Positions 36,923-48,160 of a DNA stretch of 64,000 bases are shown here, one piece after another. Position numbers and translations under genes: made by a program. The stretch is from Centroscyllium fabricii. Its lineage: Eukaryota. The stretch covers positions 115,258,001-115,322,000 of the forward strand of contig JBNRSN020000008.1 of NCBI GenBank assembly GCA_051313645.2, given 5' to 3'. Positions within the stretch are counted from its first letter, which is position 1, and each line of letters begins with the position of its first letter. Below the pieces are notes generated by a model. It saw nothing but the letters and a program-made list of their open reading frames with translations, was not told the origin of the DNA and searched no databases.

Positions 36923-37417
36923 GGACCGTGGACTCCTTGAGAGAATGCTGCCTTATTGGACCTTTCAGTGCTGGGTAACTACAGCCAGATGACCTGCATT
37001 AAAACAATTATTCTTCTCCTGCCACCTCTACTTACTTCTCCTCATTGAGCAACAGTCATTCATTTGATGCTCCTTTCTTACTTCTAGTATTTGTGCTGTT
37101 GAGGCATAAGTCTCTAGAGTCTACATTTTAGCCATTTGATGTTCCTTCCCTTTATACAACCCTGTGGAGGAGTTTTGAATTGTCAGTCACATAGTGGCAG
37201 GTAATGGTCTTTGCACCAGTCTTCAAAATATAATATATAAACTGTCTGCAGGTTGATTGGCAGATTGTGTTGTATATCATAACCAGCTAACTGTTTCCAG
37301 TCAATCTGTGTACCTTATCAGTGCTGGACTGTGAAATTCATTCTGTTCTATATATTTCTAGAAAGGTGGCGATAAGGATCCAAATCCAAATTAATCCATT
37401 TTATTTTGTATTTTCAG

Positions 37418-37558
37418 GACAGTATCAAAGATAAGCTGCGCCCTATTGACGTATCAGTTGGAGTAGAGATCAAACAGTCTAGGCGCAAGAAAAGGCAGCA
37501 TCCTAAGTTAATCGACTTGCTTCCTGTCCTCAGTGAGAGTGAGCCTCAGCGCACAGAG
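37418..37558 (+). CDS. ITGA6: Integrin alpha-6 exon 13 equivalent
   Basis: ttttcag| DSIKDKLRPIDVSVGVEIKQSRRKKRQHPKLIDLLPVLSESEPQRTE |gttagg. Confidence 0.93.
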
Positions 37559-38059
37559 GTTAGGGTTCGATTTGTTGTTTATCTCCTTTATAAAGCAGAA
37601 GGGTTTGTGGTTTCCTTCAATGTATTCGTTCTGCATTGTGAACTCGAACCACAATTCAGTCTTATTTTGCCTGTGTAACCAGCACTCTTAAAGAGTAGAA
37701 GAAGCAACCAAAGGTGAACCGTTACATATTCTTAACAAAAAATATATCTTACAAAGCATTAACGGTATATTCCTCAATTGATTTTTTTTCCTAATAGGAT
37801 GTGTGTAGCAAATCAAATTTACATACACAAATTAGGTAGGTGTGATACTCCCCATTTGAACTGCAAATGCCAGTTACACAGGCAAAATACTTTGGTGTTC
37901 CCGTATGTTTATTTTGTCTTGGCTGCAAGAAATGTTCACATTTGAACCCCAGTATAGTCAGCTTCCCAATCAACCATGGACAACACTGTCTCTGGTTGCT
38001 CACCATGTAGCTTCATTAGGCTTGTTTCATGCAAATGTTACTGGTTAATACTGTCACAG

Positions 38060-38272
38060 ATTGTCCTGGCCAATATCTATCCCTCAATTAACATCACAAA
38101 AGCAGATTATCTGGTCATTATCACATTGCTGTTTGTGGGAGCTTGCTGTGTGCAAAGTGGCTGCTGCGTTTCCTACATTACAACAGTGACTACACCTCAA
38201 AAGTACTTCATTGGCTGTAAAGCGCTTGGGACGTCGTGAAAGGTGTTATATAAATGCAAGTCTTTTTTTTTT
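38060..38272 (+). mobile_element. DeuSINE (SacSINE1-like) 3' half ending just before the exon 14 acceptor
   Basis: ttgctgtttgtgggagcttgctgtgtgcaaagtggctgctgcgtttcctacattacaacagtgactacac...tatataaatgcaag. Confidence 0.85.
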
Positions 38273-38292
38273 TAATTAATATTTTGATACAG

Positions 38293-38411
38293 GTCCAATT
38301 TTTGAAGGAAGGTTGTGGGAATGACCACATTTGCCAGAGTAACCTTGAATTAAAATATCAATTTGGCTCCAGGGTTCAAAATCAGCAGGACAAGTTTGTT
38401 CCTTTACCTGT
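38293..38411 (+). CDS. ITGA6: Integrin alpha-6 exon 14 equivalent (genu)
   Basis: gatacag| VQFLKEGCGNDHICQSNLELKYQFGSRVQNQQDKFVPLP |gtaagt; CGxDxxC genu motif. Confidence 0.95.
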
Positions 38412-38739
38412 GTAAGTCTTTTTTATTTGACCTATTGGCATGGCACCGTAGACCTATTTGGTTAGATCTATAATGATGTAGTTATAGAATAGGAACCCTT
38501 TCTCTTTCAGCACGTGTGAACTCAGCAATAGTTCAAATATGGTAGTCCAATTAAGTAAATTGAAGTTCATTTAAAAAAAAAAAAAAAATGTTTACAAGAA
38601 GTAATAAAAATAAGTCACGCCCAACATAAGCAACCCAGAAAAGCGTTCCCTTGGACATGCATAACTGAGAAGCTTTTGCTTTGTTCATTGATTCAAGTTA
38701 TCAATTCAGTAAATTATTTGTGCTGTTCTGTTTCTTTAG

Positions 38740-38929
38740 GGAGAATAGATTTCCAGTATTTAAATTAAGTGACCAGAAGGACATAGTACTGGAAATAACT
38801 GTTACTAACAAGCCGTCAGACCAAAATAGGCCAGAAGAAAATGGGGATGATGCACATGAAGCTCACCTGATTGCAACATTTCCAGACACTTTAACCTACT
38901 CTGCGTATCGAGTCCTGACACTAAATCAG
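38740..38929 (+). CDS. ITGA6: Integrin alpha-6 exon 15 equivalent (calf-1)
   Basis: tctttag| ENRFPVFKLSDQKDIVLEITVTN...GDDAHEAHLIATFPDTLTYSAYRVLTLNQ |gtaagt. Confidence 0.95.
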
Positions 38930-39483
38930 GTAAGTGCTTCATTTTTTTTTCCCCGATCACTTTTTTTCATTCTGTCCTAAAGGTGCTGACTCTTGCTGAT
39001 GTATGGTTGCGTGGATACCAGCAGTCCCACATTACCTCGTTCAAGTTGGCAAATGTGAGCTAGACAGCAAGTGTACATAGGTGATTCAACTTCGCATCGT
39101 AGGAGTCCAGTATTGTCCTTACCTAATAACCACATGGATGCAATTCTGAGCAAGGGATGCTGGATAGCAATCAGAGTGGGAATCATGACTTATTCCCTCC
39201 TCCCCACACCCCCCCCCCCAGCTGCCCCAAAAATAACCCAGCAAATTGTAATGCTCCAAGTGAAAGCAGCTCGCTCACCACAGACTTGGAATTAGACTTA
39301 GGACATTCTAGTCTATACCAATTAGTGCTACGCAGAGCAGTACTTTTAACCAGTAACCATTAAGGGAGCTGACTTGCTTAATTTTATTTGATGTCTGTTT
39401 TAGTTAGCCATTTCTTTTGATTGATTACTTACTGTAACATACACAGACATTTTACCCTGATCTATGTTCTCTCTTTAAATCAG

Positions 39484-39564
39484 GACAAAACTTTGTGTAC
39501 AGCAAATCAGAATGGGTCGCAAGTAGACTGTGAACTGGGAAATCCCTTAAAGAGAGGATCAGAG
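39484..39564 (+). CDS. ITGA6: Integrin alpha-6 exon 16 equivalent
   Basis: aatcag| DKTLCTANQNGSQVDCELGNPLKRGSE |gtaagc; CELGNP motif. Confidence 0.95.
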
Positions 39565-39742
39565 GTAAGCTAGTCTCTACTTCAACTTTTTATTCTAATG
39601 TATATTTCACTTGTTTATGCTTCTCCGTGTGAAATCTAACAATTAATATTTGCCTCTTTCCTGAATTGAGCAAATATAATTTGTACATGGCTCTGATTTG
39701 TGCTAAATCTAAATCGAATACAATTACTATTTTGGTTTCTAG

Positions 39743-39822
39743 GTTACTTTCCACTTGATCATGAGTACTGCTGGAATTACACTGGACACCAGAAACCTTA
39801 GTATCAATCTACAGCTGGAAAC
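39743..39822 (+). CDS. ITGA6: Integrin alpha-6 exon 17 equivalent
   Basis: tttctag| VTFHLIMSTAGITLDTRNLSINLQLET |gtaagc. Confidence 0.93.
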
Positions 39823-40404
39823 GTAAGCCAACTTAACATTTCTACTTTATTTATATAAATATAGATTAAAATTGCATCTACTGAAGATGCAATAAGATCA
39901 GAACTTTTATTTCCTGAGATTTACCAAAACATCATTCCATATTCTGAGCGTTTGTATCTAGAAATAGAAAGCATTTTATCCACAAGTTAACCTGTTAATA
40001 AATTAGTAAAATAGACAGTGCCACTGTCACTGAAGTGGTAGCTGTTACTTGCATTACATTTAGTTTAAAGGAGAACCAACGTTAATACCCTGTCTTGCTC
40101 ATTACTCCATGCCCTTACCTGATGGCCATATATGTACTTTCAGTCGTGATTGCTGGATAGTGATCAGGAGTGGGAATTATGGCTGATCTCTTTTTTTTTG
40201 TGCCCCAGCAGCAGTTACAAAGATCAAATGCCATGGCCAGTTAGTTCTAGCTAACATTAATTAACTCAAAACTGAACTTGTGATCCTCCTGGTCTGTCTG
40301 GCATAGCTACTTACTGCCTCGACCAGCTGAGCTATCAGGGAGCCAACATTAATATTTTGGTTAATCTGTTATTTTGTGATTGAGGCTTTAATTTTCATTT
40401 ACAG

Positions 40405-40479
40405 GACCAGTAAACAGGTTAATCGGCCATCTATCGCTACTGCTCAAGTGGTGATTGAACTGCTTTTGTCTATAGTTGG
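40405..40479 (+). CDS. ITGA6: Integrin alpha-6 exon 18 equivalent
   Basis: tttacag| TSKQVNRPSIATAQVVIELLLSIVG |gtaagt. Confidence 0.93.
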
Positions 40480-40539
40480 GTAAGTAAGATTTCCTACTTA
40501 CTGTCCTTTTGATGTGGATATATTCTCAATATTGTATTT

Positions 40540-41067
40540 GTGTGTGGTGGCTAGAAGGAAAGATGGCGGCGCGCATAGACGCAGCGGCTTTGCGTCTCCC
40601 GAGGTAATGCTGTCCGCTGGTAGTTCTGGGTCTGTTCGCTCGGAGGGGACGGCATGGTCGGCGCAACGGAGTTGTCGGAGCACCGGGATGTCTGCGATCG
40701 GAGCATCGGGCCAGCATGGTCGGAGCGCCGAGGCCTTGAGGTCGGAGTGTTCGGAGCCGGAGCCTGCGTGGCCACCGAGGTCGGCGTGCCGGGACCTGCG
40801 TGGTAGGAGCGGCGGGGCCTTGGTCACTGAGATCGGCGCGCTGGGGTTTGTGTGGTCGGCGTAGTCGTAGCGCTGGAGGTCGGCGAGTTCGGAGCGCCGG
40901 GGCCTGCGTGGTCGGAGCACCAGGCCCGTCATGGATTAGAACAGACTGGGACTTCAGCAGAGGACATTTTAATATCTGCATTGTTTCCTGGGAGTTTGCA
41001 AGAATGCATTTCGTTGTATTGTGTTTGTTCACTCTGCAATGACAATAAATTTAATTGATTGAATTGA
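40540..41067 (+). mobile_element. CpG-rich non-autonomous retroelement with Rex1 tail
   Basis: starts near AAGATGGCGGC, internal ggtcggagc subrepeats, ends ctctgcaatgacaataaa...ttgaattga like the Rex1 copy at 3404. Confidence 0.75.
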
Positions 41068-41108
41068 TAAAAATGAAAACCTAAGTAATGGTCATTCTGT
41101 TTGAACAG

Positions 41109-41211
41109 TGCTGCAAAACCATCTCAAATATATTTTGGTGGTTCAGAAGTAGGTGAGAGTGCTATGAAGACTGAAGAGGATGTGGGAAGTTTGATTGAGT
41201 ATGAGTTCAGG
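41109..41211 (+). CDS. ITGA6: Integrin alpha-6 exon 19 equivalent (calf-2)
   Basis: gaacag| AAKPSQIYFGGSEVGESAMKTEEDVGSLIEYEFR |gtaagt. Confidence 0.95.
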
Positions 41212-41426
41212 GTAAGTGTGGCAACATATTTTATTTAAAAAAAATACAATTGAAGTTGGCTTTCTATTAAGCAATTCCAAATAATGTGTAAAGTGCTGTT
41301 ATTTTAAAACATTGTCTAGATTAATATAATTCTGTTCATAGTGCAGAGATTGACTACAATTGATTAAGTTAACAACAAGAGGGCGTTATATTGATTTATA
41401 CTTTGGAATGTTTTGTTTCCACACAG

Positions 41427-41600
41427 GTGATTAATTTGGGCAGATCACTTAAAACTCTGGGCACTGCTTGGCTGCAAATCATGTGGCCAAAGGAAATAGC
41501 CAATGGGAAATGGCTGCTCTACTTGATGAAAATTGACTCAAAAGGCATCGATCATGTATCCTGCCAGCCTGATGGTGCAATTAACATCCTAAAATTACAG
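41427..41600 (+). CDS. ITGA6: Integrin alpha-6 exon 20 equivalent
   Basis: cacacag| VINLGRSLKTLGTAWLQIMWPKEIANGKWLLYLMKI...INILKLQ |gtagtt. Confidence 0.95.
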
Positions 41601-41702
41601 GTAGTTAATAATTAAGTATTTACTAAAAGCTGAGATTCACTTAACAGGTTACTGGATCTTGTGCACATTTGCAGGAAGCCTCCAACCCGAATTTCTGGGC
41701 CA

Positions 41703-42046
41703 ATAAGAACATAAGAAATAGGAGCAGGAGTAGGCCCAATCGGCCCCTCGAGCCTGCTCCGCCATTCAACAAGACCATGGCTGATCTGATCCTAACCTCA
41801 ATTTTATTTTTACTCTCCACCCCGCCCAGACCCATGTGATCACCTGGGAGAGGCGAAAAAACAGATAAAAAACCCAGTAGCCAATTTGGGAGAAAAAATC
41901 AGGAAAATTCCTCTCTGACCCATCTAGGCGATCGAAACCTGGTCCAGGAGATCACATGGCCGATCTGAACCTAGCCTCACGTCCACTTACCTGCCCGCTC
42001 ACCATAACCCCTAATTCCCTTTAATTCCAGGAAACTGTCTATCTCA
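41703..42046 (-). mobile_element. CR1 3' tail fragment
   Basis: near-identical to 59873-60205. Confidence 0.82.
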
Positions 42047-42676
42047 GTTATGGTTATGTGTTTGACATACAAACACCTAAAATGTGTATTTGGTTATTTT
42101 TAAGTAAGTAACCTGATTGAGAGAGAGTATACTTTTTACAGCAGCCAGCATTTAATGCTTCCTTGTTTAAAAATTATTTCAAGTAAATATATATTGTGCT
42201 ACTTTATTTTGTACTTTTTTAAAGCCACATCTTAAGAGAACGGGGAAAAAATGAGTGTTTTGACATATTGGCTGTGAAATATGTGTATTTCGTTCCCTTC
42301 ACCCAACACAAACCATTTATTTGGACATCTTTGAGGCCAGTGGCCTTCCAGTGCCTCTCTCAAGTAGCCATTCTTTCTCAGGCCCATACGTGCATGTTGA
42401 TCCCCTGATCGTGATCAGGGTCTAGAACCCAGAAAGTATTTTTTTTCCCCCATTCCCTAGCCAGGGAGTAAGTGAAGTCCGTTATTGCACCCCAACTGCT
42501 GCACTGGCTGCAATCAGTTAACTCGGCACACATTGAGAATCAAAGCCTCTACCTTCTTGGTCTATTCAGTTCATAGTTATAAGTTTCTATTGACATTCTT
42601 TTCCGTATTTACAGACATAACCTGTGGAGCATTTTGTGACCTTCGTATAATCTACATGTAATTTATTTTATTTCAG

Positions 42677-42787
42677 GGAGTTTCTAGTCAAACAAGAAAA
42701 AGAAGGGAGCTTGAGGGCAATGAACCCAACAAGAATCCAGGAGTTATTTCCTCTTTCTTCTCCGATAAAAGAAAATATACAACTCTG
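42677..42787 (+). CDS. ITGA6: Integrin alpha-6 exon 21 equivalent, heavy/light chain furin site
   Basis: tttcag| GVSSQTRKRRELEGNEPNKNPGVISSFFSDKRKYTTL |gtaggt; RKRR at 42695-42706. Confidence 0.93.
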
Positions 42788-42871
42788 GTAGGTGCAGTTG
42801 TTGTTTCACGACCTGAACTTGGACTAATTCCTTTTGTTTCAAAACTGACCATTTACTTTCACATTCTGCAG

Positions 42872-42988
42872 GAGTGTGGCCAGCACAAAAATACTAGATG
42901 TGTTAATATAAAGTGTCCCCTTCAAGGGCTTGATAGCAATGCATTCCTGGTTTTGCGTTCACGGCTATGGAACACCACTTTCCTAGAG
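42872..42988 (+). CDS. ITGA6: Integrin alpha-6 exon 22 equivalent
   Basis: tctgcag| ECGQHKNTRCVNIKCPLQGLDSNAFLVLRSRLWNTTFLE |gtaagt. Confidence 0.95.
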
Positions 42989-43095
42989 GTAAGTATGACT
43001 CTGAATTGTGTGCGCTAATCTTTTGTAAATGTGAGCTGTTAAAATTGATTTTTAATGTAATCTTGTTTTTGAATATACCTTGTATTGTCTTTCAG

Positions 43096-43194
43096 GAATT
43101 TTCCAAACTGAACTACCTTGATATTATTGTTAAAGCCATGATAACTGTTGAATCTGAGGCCGGAAACATAGTGATTAAAAATGCTGAAACTGAG
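43096..43194 (+). CDS. ITGA6: Integrin alpha-6 exon 23 equivalent
   Basis: ctttcag| EFSKLNYLDIIVKAMITVESEAGNIVIKNAETE |gtaatt. Confidence 0.94.
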
Positions 43195-43399
43195 GTAATT
43201 TACTCATTGTAGTGATTAAGCAAAAATGAAGTATGTAATTTGGATATAGAGAAAAACTGTTAATGGAAAAATTTTGAAAAGAATATTTTCTCCAATTAAT
43301 TTAAATGCAATGCTGTATGAAAAAGTAAAATTAACATTTAACATGTAATTACTGAGTAATATCTACTTGTATTAAAGAGTAATTGAGCTGTATGATGTT

Positions 43400-44710
43400 A
43401 TGCATACCAGAACACTGAAGAAGGTTGGCGAGTAAATAACAGATGTATTGATCATAGTTTTGCAAAAATCTTCACGTTGTGGATAAACTTCTAAAAGTGC
43501 ATGATACAGGCCGAAAGTATTAGACACTTGGACAGTCAGCATGGATTTGTAAAGGGCAGGATGTGCATGACTAATTGAATTTTTTTGAGGAAATCAGAGG
43601 AGTGTATAGGTAAAGTGTGTGTGTATGCATGTGTATATATATATAAAGTGCTATATAAAAGACGTGTTACATAAATTAAGGCACATAGTATTGAGGGAAT
43701 GTCACCATATGGATAGAGAGGTGGCTAGAATACGGAGAGCAAAGTGTAGGTGCAAAGAGTCAGCTGCCTGGATCCTAAGTTCTGGAATTCCCTCCTCAAA
43801 CCTCTCTGCTTCTCTAACTCTCTCTGTCCTTTTAAGATGCTCCTTAAAACCTACCTCTTTGGCCAAGCTTGTGGTCACCTGTCCTAATATCTCTCTGTGT
43901 GGTTTTGTGTCAAATTTTGTTTGATAATGCTTCTACGAAGCATATTGGAATGTTTTACTGTTAAATGCACTATATAAATGCAAGTTGTTGTTGTAGTTCT
44001 TGGAATTGACAGTATGTAGATAAGGCCATGTTCTATGTGTGTGTTATGATCTCTTGTTTTCTATTTACATACATAATTTAGAAAAAAGGCTCAAGAGGAA
44101 TGATATTAAAGTTTGCTGGTCCCAAATTAGAGGGCATGGCCAACTGTAAGGAAGAATGACAGGAGGACATAAGACAGGATAGTAGAGTGGGCAGCTAGGT
44201 GGCAGATGCAGTTCAATGCATGCAAAAGTGAAGTAGTACTTTTTAAGAAAGGAAGTATGCTCTAAACAGTAAGATTCTTAAAAGTGGAGAATCAGAGTTT
44301 TAAAGATTGGGAGGGCAGGTAGAACGAACCATAAAAAGGCAAATGAGATTCTGCACTTTATATATACGCATATTGAATATAAAAGGAAGGAGGTGGTGTT
44401 GAATTATAAGGTATTGGCTACACAACAGTGGGTGTATGGTGTGCGGTTCCACACTCTCCATTATTGAAGTGATATTGAAGTCATGAAAAGGACACGAAGA
44501 CGATGCACCAGAAAAATGGCAGTTATCAAGGAAAGCTCACAATATTGGGGCTTTTTCCACAGGAAAAGAGATGTTCAAGGATGATCAAATTGCAGTTTTC
44601 AAGATTATGAAAGATTTTTAGAACGTAAATAGTGAAAGATTATTGCCAGTGGCTGGTAAATGGATAACGAGGGGACATGGACTAGAAGACTGAAGGGGAA
44701 AGTTAGAACA
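43400..44710 (+). mobile_element. Old CR1 fragments with an inserted L2 3' end (43770-43995)
   Basis: QHGFVKGRMCMTN-like and WQMQFN remnants; L2 tail ccttaaaacctacctcttt...tatataaatgcaagttgttgttg. Confidence 0.65.
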
Positions 44711-46266
44711 GTAACTGAATTAAAAGCAACTTCAAGGGCAAGGATGGCTCCTGCTATAGCTTTGAAGGTCACTGTGGCATTAAACTACTAAACAACAAGA
44801 TTCCAGATCATTGCAGGGTCATCTGTCAGATAAGCCAGTCGACTGATCATTCCCGTATAAAACAACTAACTGATGTCATGCTTGCCAGCGGAAAACCCCT
44901 TTATTACTTTCCCAATGGAATAGAAAAAGAGAGAGAATATTCTGACATAGAGGCCCTGAATTTCCACGGATTTTTTTCAGTCACCTGAAATTTTGGCAAA
45001 ACGCCAACAGTAAGTACCATGAAGAAATGGCATAGGCAGCCATTTGAGCTGTTTCTCTAGTTCTGCTGATCTCCTGCTGGAGAACGCCTGCGGAAATTCC
45101 AGGTGTAAATTTTTCATCACAAAAATTGAGGCAGAGGCTATTGGGAAAATGTTCCACCTACACATTGTCAGCAGGGGGAGCACACGCAGCCAACACAATA
45201 ATCATGGGCAGTATGCCTGCAGTTTTCCAATAAGTGCTGCCAACATGTATTTGTAATATTAATCTGTATAACCTCACTTAAAGGGAATTATGTAAATAAT
45301 TGGGAACAAAATAATATAAATGGCTCTGGAAAAGGCCGGGAAATTAGATTTGTGTAGATAGCTCCAGTTGAACAGCTAGCATCGGAACAGGCTTGTGTTG
45401 ATTGGCCTCTTCCTCTGCTGCAATTTCGATGTAACATTGCAGATTTAAATCCCAGCATATTTGATGTGATCCTAGCACTACAATTTTCTGTTTCCTTTTT
45501 AAGTTATCAATGGCTGTTAAATGATTATTAGATTGATATTAAACAGCAAAACTTGATGATATTCTCATTTTTTACATTTAGCATTGAACTATTTTGAGGA
45601 ATATATTTCATCTAAAAAAAAAAAAATTTCATTTTTAAGAATCTTTGAACTTCAGAAAGTTGTGAACTGATGTTCTGTGATTTCTTTAAGTGTCCTTAAA
45701 AAGGGAGCCTCCCATATCCATAATATTTTTAATCTGGTTATAAAGAATTGCCAATAAATTTGAAATGGTGTTTAATGAATATTTTTTAAACTTACTGGAA
45801 TAATTAAAAGCAAACTTGTGGCCGGTCTTTATAGTCAGTAACGCATTGAAAATGAAGGCAAGACGCTTACAAAAAGTAATTCCCTCTGAGGCCTTCAGCT
45901 AAAGATTCATGACCCAAGATTTTGATAATTTTAAACATGAGTACTACTTACTCAAGTGGACAGTGACAGCAAAAAGAGTGTCTTGTATAATTTGTATATA
46001 TTTGTGATTTAAAGTTGTAATCTGAAACTGTGAACGTGGTTCCTCCTGTGCAGTTACTGGCTTTGCTGGAAGATGGTTCTGGTAGACGTGTCTGATAGGG
46101 AATTGAGTGGTTCTTTCATTGTTTATTAATGATCTGTCTTCAACAGATCTAAATGCTATATTGTTGTCCCAATGCGTTTGTTCTGTGCCATTACAAATGG
46201 CTAACCATGTCTAAAACGGGAGCATTTTTTTTTACTGTTATATAACTTTGTTGAATGTTCCTTCAG

Positions 46267-46392
46267 GTGCGAGTCACAGTGTTCCCTGAAAAAACTGTGA
46301 GTCATTATTTTGGAGTTCCTTGGTGGATCATTTTTGTTGCTATCCTGGCTGGAATTTTGATGTTGGCACTTTTAGTATTTTTATTATGGAAG
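46267..46392 (+). CDS. ITGA6: Integrin alpha-6 exon 24 equivalent (transmembrane helix)
   Basis: ccttcag| VRVTVFPEKTVSHYFGVPWWIIFVAILAGILMLALLVFLLWK |gtgagt. Confidence 0.97.
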
Positions 46393-46709
46393 GTGAGTGG
46401 CACTGGAGATGATTTAAGTGGTGCTAAATTCAAAGAAATTAGAAAATCTCAACCTGTTCCTCCTCCAGCAAACCACATGTGGTGGTTGGGATGAGGTACA
46501 GCTTGAACTTATAAAGTATGAAAATATTTCAGCACACCAAACATCTGGTTAAGTAGATTGTATTTCTATATAAAGGTTACACAACAGGACGTAGGTTTTC
46601 GTTCCCCCCCCCCCCCCCACTCCCTCCTCCCCCAAACCCCCAAATTTTCCTCCCTTTTCTCCCACCTTCTTGATGGTCCTGACTCTTTATTGGGTCCTGG
46701 TTCTGTTGG

Positions 46710-46886
46710 TGGGCCAAAATCCTGGAACTCCCTTCCTAACAACATTCTGGGTGTACCTACACCATATGGACTGCAGCGGTTCAAGAAGGTGGTTCACCAC
46801 CATCTTCTCAAGGGCAATTAGGGATGGGCACTAAATGCAGGCCTAGCCAGCCAGCGACGCCCACATCCCATCAATGAATAAAAAAA
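46710..46886 (+). mobile_element. 3' tail of the LINE family at 15011-16925
   Basis: GPKSWNSLPNNI.GVPTPYGLQRFKK..HHHLLKGN* and poly(A); near-identical to the reverse complement of 15011-15187. Confidence 0.85.
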
Positions 46887-48049
46887 TTAAAAAGGTGCTA
46901 GCAGCCTTCTGCTGCCTTTCACTCATGTGGTCATTCTTTGTGTGAGCTCTGACACTTGAGTACTGGAATTACATTCATCCAATCCAAAGTGAGCTTCATT
47001 CTGTTCTCGCTCAAACTTCCATGAACATGCACTTTCCCAAAGGGGTCACTAGATGGCAGTCGGGAGCATGAACCTTTGCTGGTTTTCTTCCCCCCCAGCC
47101 CAGGAGACCCAAGACCCAGTTACTGCGACTGAGAGAAGCCAACTTTGCACAGACTGCGAATCGAACCTGGGATCTTTGTGGTATATATAGCCCAGTTTGA
47201 CATTTTAACTTCTCCCGTGTTTTTCCTTCCTCATAAGGTGCTGACTGTTCACTGGAGTATAGTTCTAAGAATGTTGGCAGCTTTTCAGTAGCTCACTTAA
47301 ATGGCCATTCTTCATTTGTAAGCCTAGATAGTGATTGGCAGAAGACTATTCAACTGTGGGGGGAATCACAGCTGAGCCCAATCCTGCCCTTGCCCTACGT
47401 CCACACATGCCCATTCCAGCAGAGGTCACTGGATTCCAATCCAGTAGGATCCTTGACTGATTTATTTTTTTCAGCCTCCCTCACTCAGAAGTTTTTGACA
47501 TAAATTCCTCAGCTGAGTTCAGGTAATTCAGCACAAAGCTGGACCTCCCTGGTTATAATTCCGGAGTGGTGCCTTTGTTCAGTAGGATATGGGGAGGACG
47601 ACAGGGAAGATTTACTTTTTACATGCCTCATTGAGTTCTGTTGTGTATCTTTACATCATGGTGCTTGATGCTGAGAGATACTTGAAAATGTTACGGTAAT
47701 TGATTGGAGCTTGTTGAAGTGCAGAAAGATGTACCACTGTACACAAACCACTGCTTTTCAGGTCACACATGTGGGAGTTTAAAGGATGGTCTGAATACTG
47801 TAAGTTTAATAAACTGTGTGATGACTTCGAATATAATAAACTTGTCATTATTTATCTGTCAGTGTAAAGTAGACATTTCCCCTATTCTCAAGTTTTTAGA
47901 AAAGTGCATTTTAAAAACATTTGTGTATTGAATCAACATATATTCTGTATAATTACACACATTACCGTTAATTGTGCAGCTTTTAACCATAGCGTGTACT
48001 GATAAGTGGCTTAAAAAAAAACCTTATTACACAACTTGTTTCCTTGTAG

Positions 48050-48160
48050 TGTGGTTTCTTCGGGAAAAGCAGAAAAGATTCCCACTATGACGCCAGGTAT
48101 CACAAGGCTGAGATCCATGTTCAGCCGTCTGACAAAGAAAGACTTACTACTGATGCATAA
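48050..48160 (+). CDS. ITGA6: Alternative cassette exon encoding the alpha6A cytoplasmic tail (exon probably ends at 48187)
   Basis: ccttgtag| CGFFGKSRKDSHYDARYHKAEIHVQPSDKERLTTDA* ; YHKAEIHxQPSDKERLTxDA is the alpha6A signature; candidate donor ttg|gtaaat at 48187/48188; too short for the ORF track. Confidence 0.95.
   Translation, partial: CGFFGKSRKDSHYDARYHKAEIHVQPSDKERLTTDA

Noticed and set aside
40498-41058. Several overlapping 70-170 aa ORFs
   Set aside because: By-product of a GC-rich repeat with few stop codons; no recognisable protein family.
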